Below are positions 41,301-50,451 of a stretch of 64,000 nucleotides of DNA, piece after piece. The stretch is from Bacteroidales bacterium. GTDB taxonomy: Bacteria; Bacteroidota; Bacteroidia; Bacteroidales; UBA7960. The notes beneath the pieces are model-generated. The model saw only the letters and a list, made by a program, of their open reading frames with translations, had not been told where the DNA came from and did no database searches. A program made the translations under genes and the position numbers. Numbering within the stretch: position 1 is the first letter of the stretch; the number at the start of each line of letters is the position of its first letter. The DNA lies in NCBI GenBank assembly GCA_003559855.1, contig PWJZ01000004.1, forward strand, positions 30,695 to 94,694, given 5' to 3'.

Positions 41301-41563
41301 CGGGATTGGTCGATGGAGGATATATCGGTGTGCCGCGTTTTGGCATTTATAACCAGGAGGGCGAATGGATAATAGAAGGTGTTGGAATATACCCCGATAT
41401 TGAAGTTGTTGACAAACCGCACCTGGTTGCAAAAGGACAAGACCCGTCACTGGAAAAAGCAGTGGAAGTACTGCTGGAAAAACTGGAAGAAGATCCTCCT
41501 GTAAAATGGAAAACCCCTGAAGACCCTGACCGCTCAGAGTGGATCGAAGTGGAGATAGAATAA
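38321..41563 (+). CDS. Tricorn-protease-homologue / S41 family peptidase with N-terminal beta-propeller domains
   Basis: 1080 aa with a signal peptide. It has TolB/WD40-like propeller repeats (SPDG.WIAF..., FSPD...). The PDZ-like and C-terminal S41 domains include IDERFNGGG and ASSGGDALPYFF. Confidence 0.8.
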   Translation: MKLQTLNHFVILALFLLSPVLSWSYEDARMMRYPDINDDRIVFVYAGDIWTVSSDGGDARQLTSHKGLELFPRISPDGEWIAFSAEYSGSRQVYVMPVKGGTPKQLTYYNDVGKMAPRGGFDNVVMGWTSDSKKVFFRSNRTPYGKRMGNYYMVSIDGGMEKELPIPHGGFADLSPDDSKIAFAYVDREFRTWKRYKGGRASNLWIYDLAENTSEQITDFKGTDHIPTWYGDMIYFASDRDLRLNIHSYDINTGEVDQMTFHKQFDVMWPSGNNGQLVYEVGGHLYKLDLETGEEERVIVNIRYDNPHTLPRFTNVKEHIHSMAISPSGNRALFDARGDIFSVPAGEGTIRNLTDEQGVRAVYPQWSPDGKWIAFYSDKTGEYEVYLLENKQYAEPNQITSGSKGWKYPAKWSPDSRYLVFFDRSMKLQVLDVNTGNIDVIDTPGANELRQYDFSPDSKWITYTNTNPNNQSSIFVYNIDTKQKHQLTDHVFSDRNPVFSKDGEYIFFLSNRDFNLRFSDYEFNYLYDRATRIYALPLNEDSPRLFEPKETEETTDEDSQDGGEGGDINVRIEPEGADRRIVAFPLPAGSYWGLQAVEDGLVYFNNQGMNLYKIEEQKDELIMGGIRTGIVSANEKKFLYRHEDDYGVANLTPGREAGEGKLDLENLTMRLDPRAEWKQIFKDGWRIFRDFFYVENLHNVDWKGYYDNYSQLLPYVNHRFDLDYILGELISEVNAGHTYTDYGDFETVERVETGLLGARLKADYENNRYIISKIYEGENWKEDRRSPLTKQGIDIQEGKYLIAVEGHDITTGQNPYKFLENRVDVATRITVNSRPDANGARTYTIHPIESELELKYLDWVSTRREMVDKMSDGRIGYFHVPNTAFEGNRELHLGMYAYHDKDALIIDERFNGGGFIPDRMVELLERETLAYWHTHGLDPMRTPAIAHDGPKAMLINQYASSGGDALPYFFRQKELGTIIGTRTWGGLIGMRRNAGLVDGGYIGVPRFGIYNQEGEWIIEGVGIYPDIEVVDKPHLVAKGQDPSLEKAVEVLLEKLEEDPPVKWKTPEDPDRSEWIEVEIE

Positions 41564-41572
41564 AATCGTAGC

Positions 41573-41610
41573 CGGGGCACAACCTATGCTGGTCGTGCCC
41601 CGACTTTTTT
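41573..41610 (+). terminator. Rho-independent terminator after the tricorn-like gene
   Basis: CGGGGCAC-(14 nt)-GTGCCCCG forms an 8-bp GC stem. It is followed by TTTTTT. Confidence 0.7.
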
Positions 41611-41680
41611 CTATCTTTAATAGGTGAAGCAAATTAACATGCAATGTTATGATTTCAGTCGGGGTACGACTGAAAAGATT

Positions 41681-44600
41681 TTATTCTGCAAAGTTTATCT
41701 CAGCATATTTCTTATATATGTTATATCTCCTCTTTGCGTCTTCTTCTGCTGTTTTAAAGAGTTGTTTTGCCACATCCGGGAAGCTGTTCATCAGGGAGCT
41801 GAAGCGCACTTCCGACTTGAGGAAATCATTAAACTTGCTCCAGTCCGGTTCTTTGGAATCGAGCTGGAAGGGGTTTTTCCCTTCTTTTTCCAGCATCGGG
41901 TTATACCTGTATAGGTGCCAGTATCCGGCATCAACACTATCTTTCATCTGATTTTGGGTATAGCTCATTCCTTTTCTCAGGCCGTGATTTATACAGGGGG
42001 AATAGGCTATAATTACCGACGGGCCGGGATATGCTTCTGCTTCACGGAGGGCTTTGAGAAACTGGTTCTGGTTTGCTCCCATTGCCACCTGGGCTACATA
42101 CACATAGCCATAGCTCAATACCATAATACCAAGGTCTTTTTTGCGTTGACGCATGCCTGCCGCAGCAAATTTGGCAACAGCACCGACAGGCGTAGACTTT
42201 GAAGCCTGGCCGCCCGTATTGGAATAAACTTCAGTATCTACCACCAGCATATTTACATCGTCGCCTGTAGCCACCACATGATCAAGGCCGCCATAGCCTA
42301 TGTCATAAGCCCAGCCGTCGCCACCTATTACCCATACCGATTTTTTAACAAGATATTGCCTGAGCGCCAATATATCCTTAGCAACCGGATGCTTCTCCTT
42401 TTTAAGACATTCAATGACTTTACGCGACGCTTCTTTCGATTTTTCACCATCATCTTTGCTGTCGATCCAGTTTTTGAAAGCTTCTTTGGTCTCACCCGAT
42501 ATATCGCTGTCCATATTCTCCCGCATCAGGCGGGCAATCCTCTCACGAAGCTTTTTAACGCCTTTTGCCATTCCAAAACCGTACTCGGCGTTATCTTCAA
42601 ACAGCGAGTTTGCCCAAGCAGGTCCGTATCCGTTTTTGTTAATGGTATAAGGGGTTGCGGGTGCTGAACCACCGTAGATAGATGAACATCCGGTAGCATT
42701 GGCTATCATCATCCTGTCGCCATAAAGCTGGGTTATCAGTTTTATATAAGGTGTTTCGCCACAACCTGCACATGCTCCGTGAAATTCAAACAGTGGCTGC
42801 GCAAACTGGCTGTTCTTAACCGATTGCTGTTTGTCGAGGTATGTATCCTTGTAAGAAACATTTTTGCTGATATAGTTCCAACGCTTATCTTCTTCCATCT
42901 GGCTTTCGAGCGATTTCATGACCAGGGCTTTTGTTTTTGCCGGGCATGTTTCAACGCAGTTGCTACAGCCGGTACAGTCGAGTGGGCTTATCTGTATCCG
43001 GTACTTGAGCCCTTTGAGCGATTTTCCGCGTGCATCAATCACGTTTGTACCTTTGGGCATGTTTTTCATCTCTTTGTCGTTGATCAGGAAGGGACGTATG
43101 ACGGCGTGCGGGCATACATAAGCGCACTGATTGCACTGGATACAGTGTTCAGGTTGCCACTCGGGCACATTAACGGCAATGCCGCGCTTCTCAAATGCAG
43201 TGGTGCCGGGCGGGAACGTGCCGTCTTCCCTGCCAAGAAAAGCACTCACCGGCAACAAATCGCCCTTCTGAGCATTAATGGGGTTTACAACCTCGCGGAT
43301 AAACTCCGGAAAATCAGTATCTTTAGCTTTTTTATCATCCTCAATATCCTTCCACTCTTCAGGTATGTCAACCTTTAAGACCTCCGCACCCTTGTCAACG
43401 GCGGAAAAGTTCATTTTCACGATATCCTCGCCCTTGCGCCCGTACGTATTTTGTATGGCATCTTTCATCTCCTTCACGGCAAGGTCGTAAGGTATAACCT
43501 CGGTAACCTTGAAAAATGCACTCTGCATGATAGTATTTGTACGTGAACCAAGACCTAACTCTTCGGCTATTTCCGTTGCATTTATGATGTAAAAATTAAT
43601 GTTGTTTTCAGCCAGATACCTTTTCATATGACCGGGCAACTTTTTCCTGGTCTCTTTTTCGTCCCATATACTGTTGAACAAAAAGCTCCCGCCTTTTTTC
43701 AATCCTTTTAGCATATCATATTTCTCGAGGTAAGCCGGCACATGACAAGCCACAAAATCCGCAGCATTCACGTAATAAGGCGAACGTATGGGGCTGTCAC
43801 CGAACCTTAAATGAGAAACAGTAAAACCACCGGACTTTTTACTGTCATATTGAAAATATCCCTGTGCAAACTTGTCGGTGCAATCACCGATGATCTTTAT
43901 GGAGTTCTTATTTGCTCCGACAGTACCATCGGCACCTATGCCGTAAAATTTTGCAGCATAATTGCCTTCGGGGGATACGTCAACGTCTTCACCTACAGGC
44001 AAAGATCTGAAAGTAACATCATCGGTAATACCTACCGTAAAATTGTTTTTGGGTTCCGGCAGTTTCAGGTTATCATAAACTGCCAGGATCTGCGCAGGCG
44101 TGGTATCTTTGGAGCTCAGCCCGTATCTTCCGCCAACCACAACCGGACACGACTCGCTGCCATAAAAAAGGTCTTTAACATCAAGGTACAGGGGTTCGCC
44201 GTTTGCTCCGGGCTCTTTTGTACGGTCCAAAACCGCTATTCTTTTCACAAACCGGGGCAGAACTTTCCTGAAATATTTTTCAGAAAAAGGCCTGTATAAG
44301 TGTACGGTTATTATACCGCATTTTTCACCGCTTGAGATCTTGTAATCCACTACTTCTTTGATGGTTTCCGTTACGGAGCCCATTGCTACTATAATATCTT
44401 CGGCATCTTTGGAGCCGTAATATGTGAACGGATGGTATTCCCTGCCACAGATTTTGGTTATTTCCTTCATATACTCTTCCACAATATCGGGCACAGCATC
44501 GTAGAACCTGTTTGCTGCTTCTCGTGACTGGAAATAAATGTCGGGGTTTTGTGCCGTTCCTCTTGTAACGGGATGTTCGGGATTGAGTGCTCTTTCACGG

Positions 44601-45214
44601 AATTCCTGCAGTGCTTTGTAGTCAACCAGCTTTTTAAGTATTTCCTGGTCTGCCGGTTCAACTTTTTGCACCTCGTGTGATGTTCGGAATCCGTCGAAGA
44701 AATGCAGGAAAGGAATCCTTGATCTTATAGCTGCAAGATGAGCTATTGGTGCAATGTCCATTATTTGTTGGGCGCTGGCTGTGGCAAGCAGTGCGAATCC
44801 TGTTTGACGGGCACTCATAACGTCGGAGTGGTCGCCAAATATTGATAATGCCTGTGCGGCAAGGCTGCGAGCCGACACATGCAAAACGCCGGGCAGCAGC
44901 TCACCCGACATCTTATACATATTGGGGATCATAAGCAACAACCCCTGTGAAGCCGTATAAGAACTTGTCAGAGAACCCGCCTGTAATGCACCGTGTATGG
45001 CACCGGCAGCACCCGCTTCCGATTGCATCTCAACCAAAGAAACTTCCTCACCGAAAATACTTTTCCGCCCCTCGGCTGCCCACTGATCAACGTTCTCCGC
45101 CATATCGGACGACGGCGTAATAGGATAAATAGCCGCAACCTCACTGAACATGTAAGCTACATGTGATGCAGCATAATTACCGTCGCATGTGATAAAATTC
45201 TTCTTTTTTGTCAT
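41681..45214 (-). CDS. nifJ: Pyruvate:ferredoxin (flavodoxin) oxidoreductase
   Basis: 1177-aa single-chain PFOR. The N-terminus reads DGNYAASHVAYMFSEVAAIYPITPSS. Two ferredoxin motifs are present (CIQCNQCAYVCP, CTGCSNCVETCP). The C-terminal domain has the TPP-binding GGDGWAYDIG. Confidence 0.95.
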   Translation of the reverse strand: MTKKKNFITCDGNYAASHVAYMFSEVAAIYPITPSSDMAENVDQWAAEGRKSIFGEEVSLVEMQSEAGAAGAIHGALQAGSLTSSYTASQGLLLMIPNMYKMSGELLPGVLHVSARSLAAQALSIFGDHSDVMSARQTGFALLATASAQQIMDIAPIAHLAAIRSRIPFLHFFDGFRTSHEVQKVEPADQEILKKLVDYKALQEFRERALNPEHPVTRGTAQNPDIYFQSREAANRFYDAVPDIVEEYMKEITKICGREYHPFTYYGSKDAEDIIVAMGSVTETIKEVVDYKISSGEKCGIITVHLYRPFSEKYFRKVLPRFVKRIAVLDRTKEPGANGEPLYLDVKDLFYGSESCPVVVGGRYGLSSKDTTPAQILAVYDNLKLPEPKNNFTVGITDDVTFRSLPVGEDVDVSPEGNYAAKFYGIGADGTVGANKNSIKIIGDCTDKFAQGYFQYDSKKSGGFTVSHLRFGDSPIRSPYYVNAADFVACHVPAYLEKYDMLKGLKKGGSFLFNSIWDEKETRKKLPGHMKRYLAENNINFYIINATEIAEELGLGSRTNTIMQSAFFKVTEVIPYDLAVKEMKDAIQNTYGRKGEDIVKMNFSAVDKGAEVLKVDIPEEWKDIEDDKKAKDTDFPEFIREVVNPINAQKGDLLPVSAFLGREDGTFPPGTTAFEKRGIAVNVPEWQPEHCIQCNQCAYVCPHAVIRPFLINDKEMKNMPKGTNVIDARGKSLKGLKYRIQISPLDCTGCSNCVETCPAKTKALVMKSLESQMEEDKRWNYISKNVSYKDTYLDKQQSVKNSQFAQPLFEFHGACAGCGETPYIKLITQLYGDRMMIANATGCSSIYGGSAPATPYTINKNGYGPAWANSLFEDNAEYGFGMAKGVKKLRERIARLMRENMDSDISGETKEAFKNWIDSKDDGEKSKEASRKVIECLKKEKHPVAKDILALRQYLVKKSVWVIGGDGWAYDIGYGGLDHVVATGDDVNMLVVDTEVYSNTGGQASKSTPVGAVAKFAAAGMRQRKKDLGIMVLSYGYVYVAQVAMGANQNQFLKALREAEAYPGPSVIIAYSPCINHGLRKGMSYTQNQMKDSVDAGYWHLYRYNPMLEKEGKNPFQLDSKEPDWSKFNDFLKSEVRFSSLMNSFPDVAKQLFKTAEEDAKRRYNIYKKYAEINFAE

Positions 45215-45454
45215 AATAAAACTAAGTTTTTTATTTTGCCCGCATAAGCAAGCACCGTTAATAATTATTTTTACTAGTGATCTTTATATTAGATTACTAA
45301 TTTTACGTCTCCCGAAAATAATAAAGATCAGCAATTTTATTATTCGTAAGCCGGTTTACAAAAATAGTAAATTTTAATTTTTTTATGAGAGCAGCGAAAC
45401 AATTTAGTTCAATTCTTTTCGCACAAATATTTTTGATAATTTAATGTAGAGCCT

Positions 45455-47356
45455 TTAATCATAAAACATCCATGATATTCCGAACCTGATCTGGGCTTCA
45501 AGGTGCGGATAGAAAGGAATGGTATAGATCGGAGGCTGACCCCATATGAGGGATCCCAGGTTTTGCCATTTTACAAACAGCCGTGCTCTTTTTATTTTGG
45601 CATTTATAAAAGCATCGAGGAAGATATAGTCTGGGTTTTTGTATTCGTTCTGGACATAGAACTGTTTAAAGACGGGCATATAAGCCTGTGCATAATATGA
45701 TGAGTGGTAGCTTGCATCCAGTCCGGCGCGCATATACAGAGCCTTGTCAAAAAGCACCAGGTCGGCATAAACTGAATGATAGCTGACCAACTGCGGAAAC
45801 TGCTCATAATTATCATCAGAGAGAAACTGATAAACGATATGATTGTCAAAGCCAAAAACTCCTGCTTTAAGGTTTGATCTCAGTCCTGCTGAAAAAACTG
45901 TAAAATATTCTTCAGCCTGTCGTGGTAATGCTTCATTATCAAAATATTGCCAGTTGTCAATAAAATAAGCATTCAGATCAATTGATAACCAGCGATTTTC
46001 ATAGATTACACCCGCACTGGAAATACCCGTTTTGTCAAAATCGTTATTCCAGCGTACATAATTGCCGAAGTAATTATTCATCATATAGGGTGCTTCCATT
46101 AAATTATATGATGCCCTGATTTCCAACCGGTGCCTGCTTTTGCCTTGTTTACCCGTTTGCCCGCTGATACCCGCTGAGACATCCTGATCATTATAACCGC
46201 CCAAAGTATAATTAAAAAAACCATCAAATGAAAAAAGCCTTCTTTTATCCGAATAGACACGAACTCCCGGCGTAAACTGGTTGAAATCATGCTGAAGATC
46301 ATCAGGGTGGCGTATATTAAAATAATCATGCTGCAAATATATGTTGAAAAAAAAAGGAAACCCGGATACACCCTGATCCGTCCTGTAATTGGAATATCCG
46401 ATCCTGTTTGATATATTATGTACTATGGTTGAATCATAGGTCTTCAGACTGTCATTTTTCGGATATTCCGGAAAATAGGGGTAAGGAGGTGCATTCTCAT
46501 CAAAAATGAATGACCTGCGGTTATAGGAAGAGTTGTGATATATTCTGCCAAGGTTAATAAACTTATTATTGTTGTCATCATTATTATTATTATTATTGTT
46601 ATTAACGTAAAACCCAAGCTGGTAATATTGATGCACGTTTATAGCCGTTTCCCTGTATCTGCCTTCCGCATTATAAAGCTTTACACTGTCTCTCGCCTCT
46701 TGCTCTTCAAAAGTTTCATGATCACGTAAGCCACCGCTTTCCTGGTTTTCCATCCTGTTCCATACAAAACTGCCCAGCGCCTGGTACCTTTTATTGTCGC
46801 TGAGATAATCCAAAGAACCATAAAAATTGGCATTATTTGATTTAATGCGGCTATAAATGGACGGCGAACGGGTCAACTGGTATTTGAATGACATTACAAG
46901 ATCATCGGTTAGTCTCTGGGAATGTAAAGCATAGAACAACTGCTCACGTTCTCCGCCGGTGATATAATACAGGTCGGTAAAAACATAATTGGGGCGGTAA
47001 AATCTTATTTTTTCATGTGCGAACAGGTTTCCTTTGTATACATCGGTCTGAAGATATTTAAATCCATACCCTTTTGAAACAGGTTTGAAAAGCAGGTTTC
47101 GATGTGCATGCCCGGTAATGCCTTTATGCGAAAAAAAATTCCTTTCGCGGTATGCAAAATCGTATTTCTGAAAACCCTTTAAAGTAGTATCAACATAATT
47201 CGGTTCTGCAACTGCCGGATTGGCAAGATGACACTCGCTGTACCATTTCACATAGGAAGGAAATACTTCAGCCGTATCAGCCTCAAGCAGCTCAACACCA
47301 TAACTAATGCCGGAATACAATAGAAGAAATACGGGTATAATTAGTTTTATTTTCAT
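45455..47356 (-). CDS. Putative outer-membrane porin / beta-barrel protein, unknown specificity
   Basis: 633 aa with a signal peptide. It is Tyr/Asn/Phe-rich with alternating beta-strand character and a C-terminal aromatic residue pattern (...GISWMFYD). It contains a poly-Asn tract. Confidence 0.55.
   Translation of the reverse strand: MKIKLIIPVFLLLYSGISYGVELLEADTAEVFPSYVKWYSECHLANPAVAEPNYVDTTLKGFQKYDFAYRERNFFSHKGITGHAHRNLLFKPVSKGYGFKYLQTDVYKGNLFAHEKIRFYRPNYVFTDLYYITGGEREQLFYALHSQRLTDDLVMSFKYQLTRSPSIYSRIKSNNANFYGSLDYLSDNKRYQALGSFVWNRMENQESGGLRDHETFEEQEARDSVKLYNAEGRYRETAINVHQYYQLGFYVNNNNNNNNDDNNNKFINLGRIYHNSSYNRRSFIFDENAPPYPYFPEYPKNDSLKTYDSTIVHNISNRIGYSNYRTDQGVSGFPFFFNIYLQHDYFNIRHPDDLQHDFNQFTPGVRVYSDKRRLFSFDGFFNYTLGGYNDQDVSAGISGQTGKQGKSRHRLEIRASYNLMEAPYMMNNYFGNYVRWNNDFDKTGISSAGVIYENRWLSIDLNAYFIDNWQYFDNEALPRQAEEYFTVFSAGLRSNLKAGVFGFDNHIVYQFLSDDNYEQFPQLVSYHSVYADLVLFDKALYMRAGLDASYHSSYYAQAYMPVFKQFYVQNEYKNPDYIFLDAFINAKIKRARLFVKWQNLGSLIWGQPPIYTIPFYPHLEAQIRFGISWMFYD
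46565..46606 (-). repeat. Trinucleotide (AAT/AAC)n tract encoding NNNNNNNNDDNNN inside the porin-like gene
   Basis: The plus strand reads attattgttgtcatcattattattattattattgttattaac. It is in frame with the minus-strand CDS. Confidence 0.8.
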
Positions 47357-47448
47357 CAGAACCGCTGCAGAAAATTATCCCGCAAAGGTAATAATTATTG
47401 TCAGTATAGTGTTTAATCAAAGCTCAACATTGTTTTTAGCATCAGGAT

Positions 47449-47479
47449 TTTGCAAATACCGCTTTGATTTGTATTTTTA
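47449..47479 (+). promoter_or_regulatory. Candidate Bacteroidota-type promoter (-33 TTTG / -7 TAnnTTTG-like)
   Basis: The arrangement is TTTG (47449-47452), 19 nt, then TATTTTTA (47472-47479). It lies about 35 nt upstream of the 47512 start. It matches the published Bacteroides consensus except for the last base. Confidence 0.3.
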
Positions 47480-47511
47480 CTTTTTAAATTTAACAAACTA
47501 AATCTAAAAAC

Positions 47512-48852
47512 ATGAAATTTAAATTATTATTAAAGGCTTTATTATCCGTGTTGGTTGCCATAGTGGTAATAGGCTGCAAATTTGGAGACACAGCGGATAA
47601 GGGTGACGATCTTGTTTCTTATCTTAGCTCAAAAGCCACCGGATTGAGCACTTCTGCTGATTTGGACGAACTAATCGCTGTGGCGGGTGACCGTCGTTTG
47701 GTTTTATTGGGCGAAGCAAGTCATGGCACTCATGAATATTATGCATGGCGTGATTCTATCAGCCGCAGGCTTATCGGTGAGAAGGGCTTTTCGTTCATAG
47801 CCGTTGAAGGTGATTGGGCAAGCTTATATGAGCTGAATCGTTACGTGAAAAATATGGATGGAGCGGCAGGCAGTGCCCGGGAAGTACTAGGAAACCTTAC
47901 TAGATGGCCTCTTTGGATGTGGGGGAATGAAGAGGTGGAAGGATTGATTGAATGGCTTCGTGAGTACAATATGGACAGAAACTTTGAAGATAAGGTCGGG
48001 TTTTATGGTATGGATGTGTATGATGAGTGGAATTCAAAAGCTGCGCTATATGCCTTCCTGGAAAAACATGACCGCAATCTGTTGAGGCAGGTAAAAGACC
48101 TGTATGGATGTTTTGCACCCTACGGTGAAGACAGCTGGGAGTATGCACGTGCAGTAGGCAGAGGAAGCGTTGATTGTACGGATGAGACGGCTGCCGTGGT
48201 TAAATTGATCGAAGGTTCGCGTTACGACCTTAATGTCAGCGATTATGAATTCTTGTATGCGAAACAAAATGCATATGTTGTAAAATATGCTGAAAAGTTT
48301 TATCGCAAGTCTGTTATTAGACGCGGGCCTGAATCGTGGAACAGCCGGGTGCAACATATGCATTTGACCGTCAACCGGTTGTTCAACCATTATGGTGATA
48401 ATGCAAAAGGCATTGTATGGGCTCATAACACACACGTTGGTGATGCACGTGCCACTGAAATGGCAAACCGTGGGCAGGTCAACATAGGGCAGCTATCGCG
48501 CGAAGAATTGGGTGCCGGCAACGTTTTTATCACCGGGTTTGGTACTTATACAGGTACTGTGAAAGCCGGCAGGCAATGGGGCGACCGCATGCTTAAGCTC
48601 AATGTTCCGGAAGCACACAGAGACAGTTATGAATACCTGCTGAACCAGGTTCCTTACAACAATTATATTCTGATCTTTGATGAGCAAGACCGTGCACATG
48701 ACGAATTTGCCGAACCACGTGGGCACAGAGCCATAGGCGTTGTATACAACCCCGAAAGAGAGGTGCCCGGCAATTATGTTTTCAGCATTTTGCCGCAACG
48801 CTATGATGCATTCATATTCTTTGAAGAAACACGGGCTCTGAATCCTTTATGA
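47512..48852 (+). CDS. Erythromycin-esterase-family protein (lipoprotein)
   Basis: 446 aa with a lipobox (VVIGC). The motifs VLLGEASHGTHEYY and VWAHNTHVGD are typical of the Ere/ChaN-like esterase family. Confidence 0.75.
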   Translation: MKFKLLLKALLSVLVAIVVIGCKFGDTADKGDDLVSYLSSKATGLSTSADLDELIAVAGDRRLVLLGEASHGTHEYYAWRDSISRRLIGEKGFSFIAVEGDWASLYELNRYVKNMDGAAGSAREVLGNLTRWPLWMWGNEEVEGLIEWLREYNMDRNFEDKVGFYGMDVYDEWNSKAALYAFLEKHDRNLLRQVKDLYGCFAPYGEDSWEYARAVGRGSVDCTDETAAVVKLIEGSRYDLNVSDYEFLYAKQNAYVVKYAEKFYRKSVIRRGPESWNSRVQHMHLTVNRLFNHYGDNAKGIVWAHNTHVGDARATEMANRGQVNIGQLSREELGAGNVFITGFGTYTGTVKAGRQWGDRMLKLNVPEAHRDSYEYLLNQVPYNNYILIFDEQDRAHDEFAEPRGHRAIGVVYNPEREVPGNYVFSILPQRYDAFIFFEETRALNPL

Positions 48853-48865
48853 TGCGGGGAACCCA

Positions 48866-48885
48866 AATCGGTAATCGGTAATTGG
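48866..48885. repeat. Heptad micro-repeat AATCGGT AATCGGT AATTGG
   Basis: 7-nt periodic tandem copies begin 14 nt after the 48852 stop codon. Confidence 0.6.
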
Positions 48886-48965
48886 CTGTTTGCCGAAAGT
48901 ACCTTGTATCGGGAAGGTGCTTTACCATCATGGAAAAGTGCAGGCATTTAAAAGCTTTCTCATTT

Positions 48966-50144
48966 TTATTGTTTCTTACCCTTTTGAAGTGGTTGTGCAA
49001 ATAGGATAACATCATCACCTGTTATGGTCTTGTCGCAAAGGATTGCCAGCCGCTCGACCACGTTTCTCAGTTCACGGATATTGCCTGTCCAGGTGATTTT
49101 TTTCATTTCCTCTAGAGCATTGTCAGCAAACTCTTTCAGAGGCATTCCTTGTTCGCGGCATATTTCTTCCAGAAAATGGTTTGACAGCAATGGTATGTCT
49201 TCTTCACGTTCGTTCAAAGCGGACACGTGCATAAGTATGACGCTCAGCCTGTGGTAAAGATCATCACGGAAGTTATTCTTTTCTATTTCTTTCTTTATGT
49301 CTTTGTTTGTGGCCGCTATAACCCTTACATCAACCTCTATTTCCTTTTCGCCGCCCACACGTGTTATCTTGTTTTCCTGTAATGTTCTCAAAACCTTAGC
49401 CTGTGCGGCAAGACTCATATCACCGATCTCGTCAAGGAAAAGTGTTCCGCCGTTGGCAAGCTCAAAATTACCGATCTTTTGTTTTATGGCGCTGGTAAAA
49501 GAACCATTTTCATGACCGAAAAGCTCGCTCTCGATAAGTTCTGAAGGTATGGCAGCACAGTTTACTTCTATGAAAGGATTTCTTGACCTGTTGCTCAGCT
49601 CGTGGATATGCCTCGCCACAAGCTCCTTTCCGGTACCGCTTTCGCCCGTAATAAAAACACGTGCATCGGTCGGAGCAACACGCTCTATCATTTTGCGTAT
49701 GTTTTGTATAGCTTCCGACTCGCCTATCATCTCATATTTCCTGCTTACCTTCTTCTTAAGAACCTTAGTCTCGGTAACAAGCTGTTTCTTATCCATAGCA
49801 TTGCGGATGGTTATCATCAGCCTGTTCAGATCAAGCGGTTTGCTGATGAAGTCAAAAGCCCCCTTTTTTATACAATCAACAGCCGCCTCAATGGTACCAT
49901 GACCCGATATCATAACAACAGTGGAATCAGGTGTCTTTTCCTGCAACTTCTCCAGCACCTCTATTCCATCCATCTTCGGCATCTTGATGTCGCAAAGAAT
50001 AACATCAAAATCAGACTCCCCTGCTTTCTCCAAGCCCTCAAAACCGTCCTCGGCAAGCTCAACATCAAATTTTTCATATTCCAGAATCTCCCTGAGCGTG
50101 CGACGAATGCTCGACTCATCATCTATTAAAAGTATTTTTGCCAT
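48966..50144 (-). CDS. Sigma-54-dependent response regulator (REC + AAA+), apparently lacking a C-terminal DNA-binding domain
   Basis: REC domain: ILLIDDE...DVILCDIKMPKMDG. AAA+ domain: Walker A GESGTGKE, Walker B LFLDEIGDM, and a sigma-54 contact loop reading GSFTSA instead of GAFTGA. The ORF ends 22 aa after the NIRELRNVVERL sensor-II region. The track start at 50165 is an alternative; the ATG at 50144 gives MAKILLIDD. Confidence 0.8.
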   Translation of the reverse strand: MAKILLIDDESSIRRTLREILEYEKFDVELAEDGFEGLEKAGESDFDVILCDIKMPKMDGIEVLEKLQEKTPDSTVVMISGHGTIEAAVDCIKKGAFDFISKPLDLNRLMITIRNAMDKKQLVTETKVLKKKVSRKYEMIGESEAIQNIRKMIERVAPTDARVFITGESGTGKELVARHIHELSNRSRNPFIEVNCAAIPSELIESELFGHENGSFTSAIKQKIGNFELANGGTLFLDEIGDMSLAAQAKVLRTLQENKITRVGGEKEIEVDVRVIAATNKDIKKEIEKNNFRDDLYHRLSVILMHVSALNEREEDIPLLSNHFLEEICREQGMPLKEFADNALEEMKKITWTGNIRELRNVVERLAILCDKTITGDDVILFAQPLQKGKKQ

Positions 50145-50300
50145 AATATGTATCCCTTTTTTCACCTATTGTTTGAAATGCAAAAATACACAGGATTTTG
50201 ATCGGTCAGAAAAGAAAAATCTTGAGTAACTTTGAACTTCAATTATATGAATAATTACAGTTCAGACTGATTATTTTCATAAATTGATGAATAATGAACA

Positions 50301-50383
50301 AGTAACGGGTAACGGGTGACGGGTGAAGAGTGCCTTGTTTAGATTACTGAATAAATTTTATCCGTTACTCATTATCCGTTACT
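50301..50383 (+). promoter_or_regulatory. Long imperfect hairpin built from heptad repeats; strand-asymmetric (G.U-rich) so probably an RNA structure in the 5' leader of the 50452 gene
   Basis: 50301-50328 pairs with 50356-50383. The count is 21 Watson-Crick pairs, 6 G.U and 1 C.A mismatch, with a 27-nt loop. Every G of the G.U pairs is in the 5' arm. Confidence 0.5.
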
Positions 50384-50451
50384 CGTCAAAATGATGAAGA
50401 AAACATTATACTTTAAAATATTCAAAATAAGTAAATAAAAAATAACCATTA

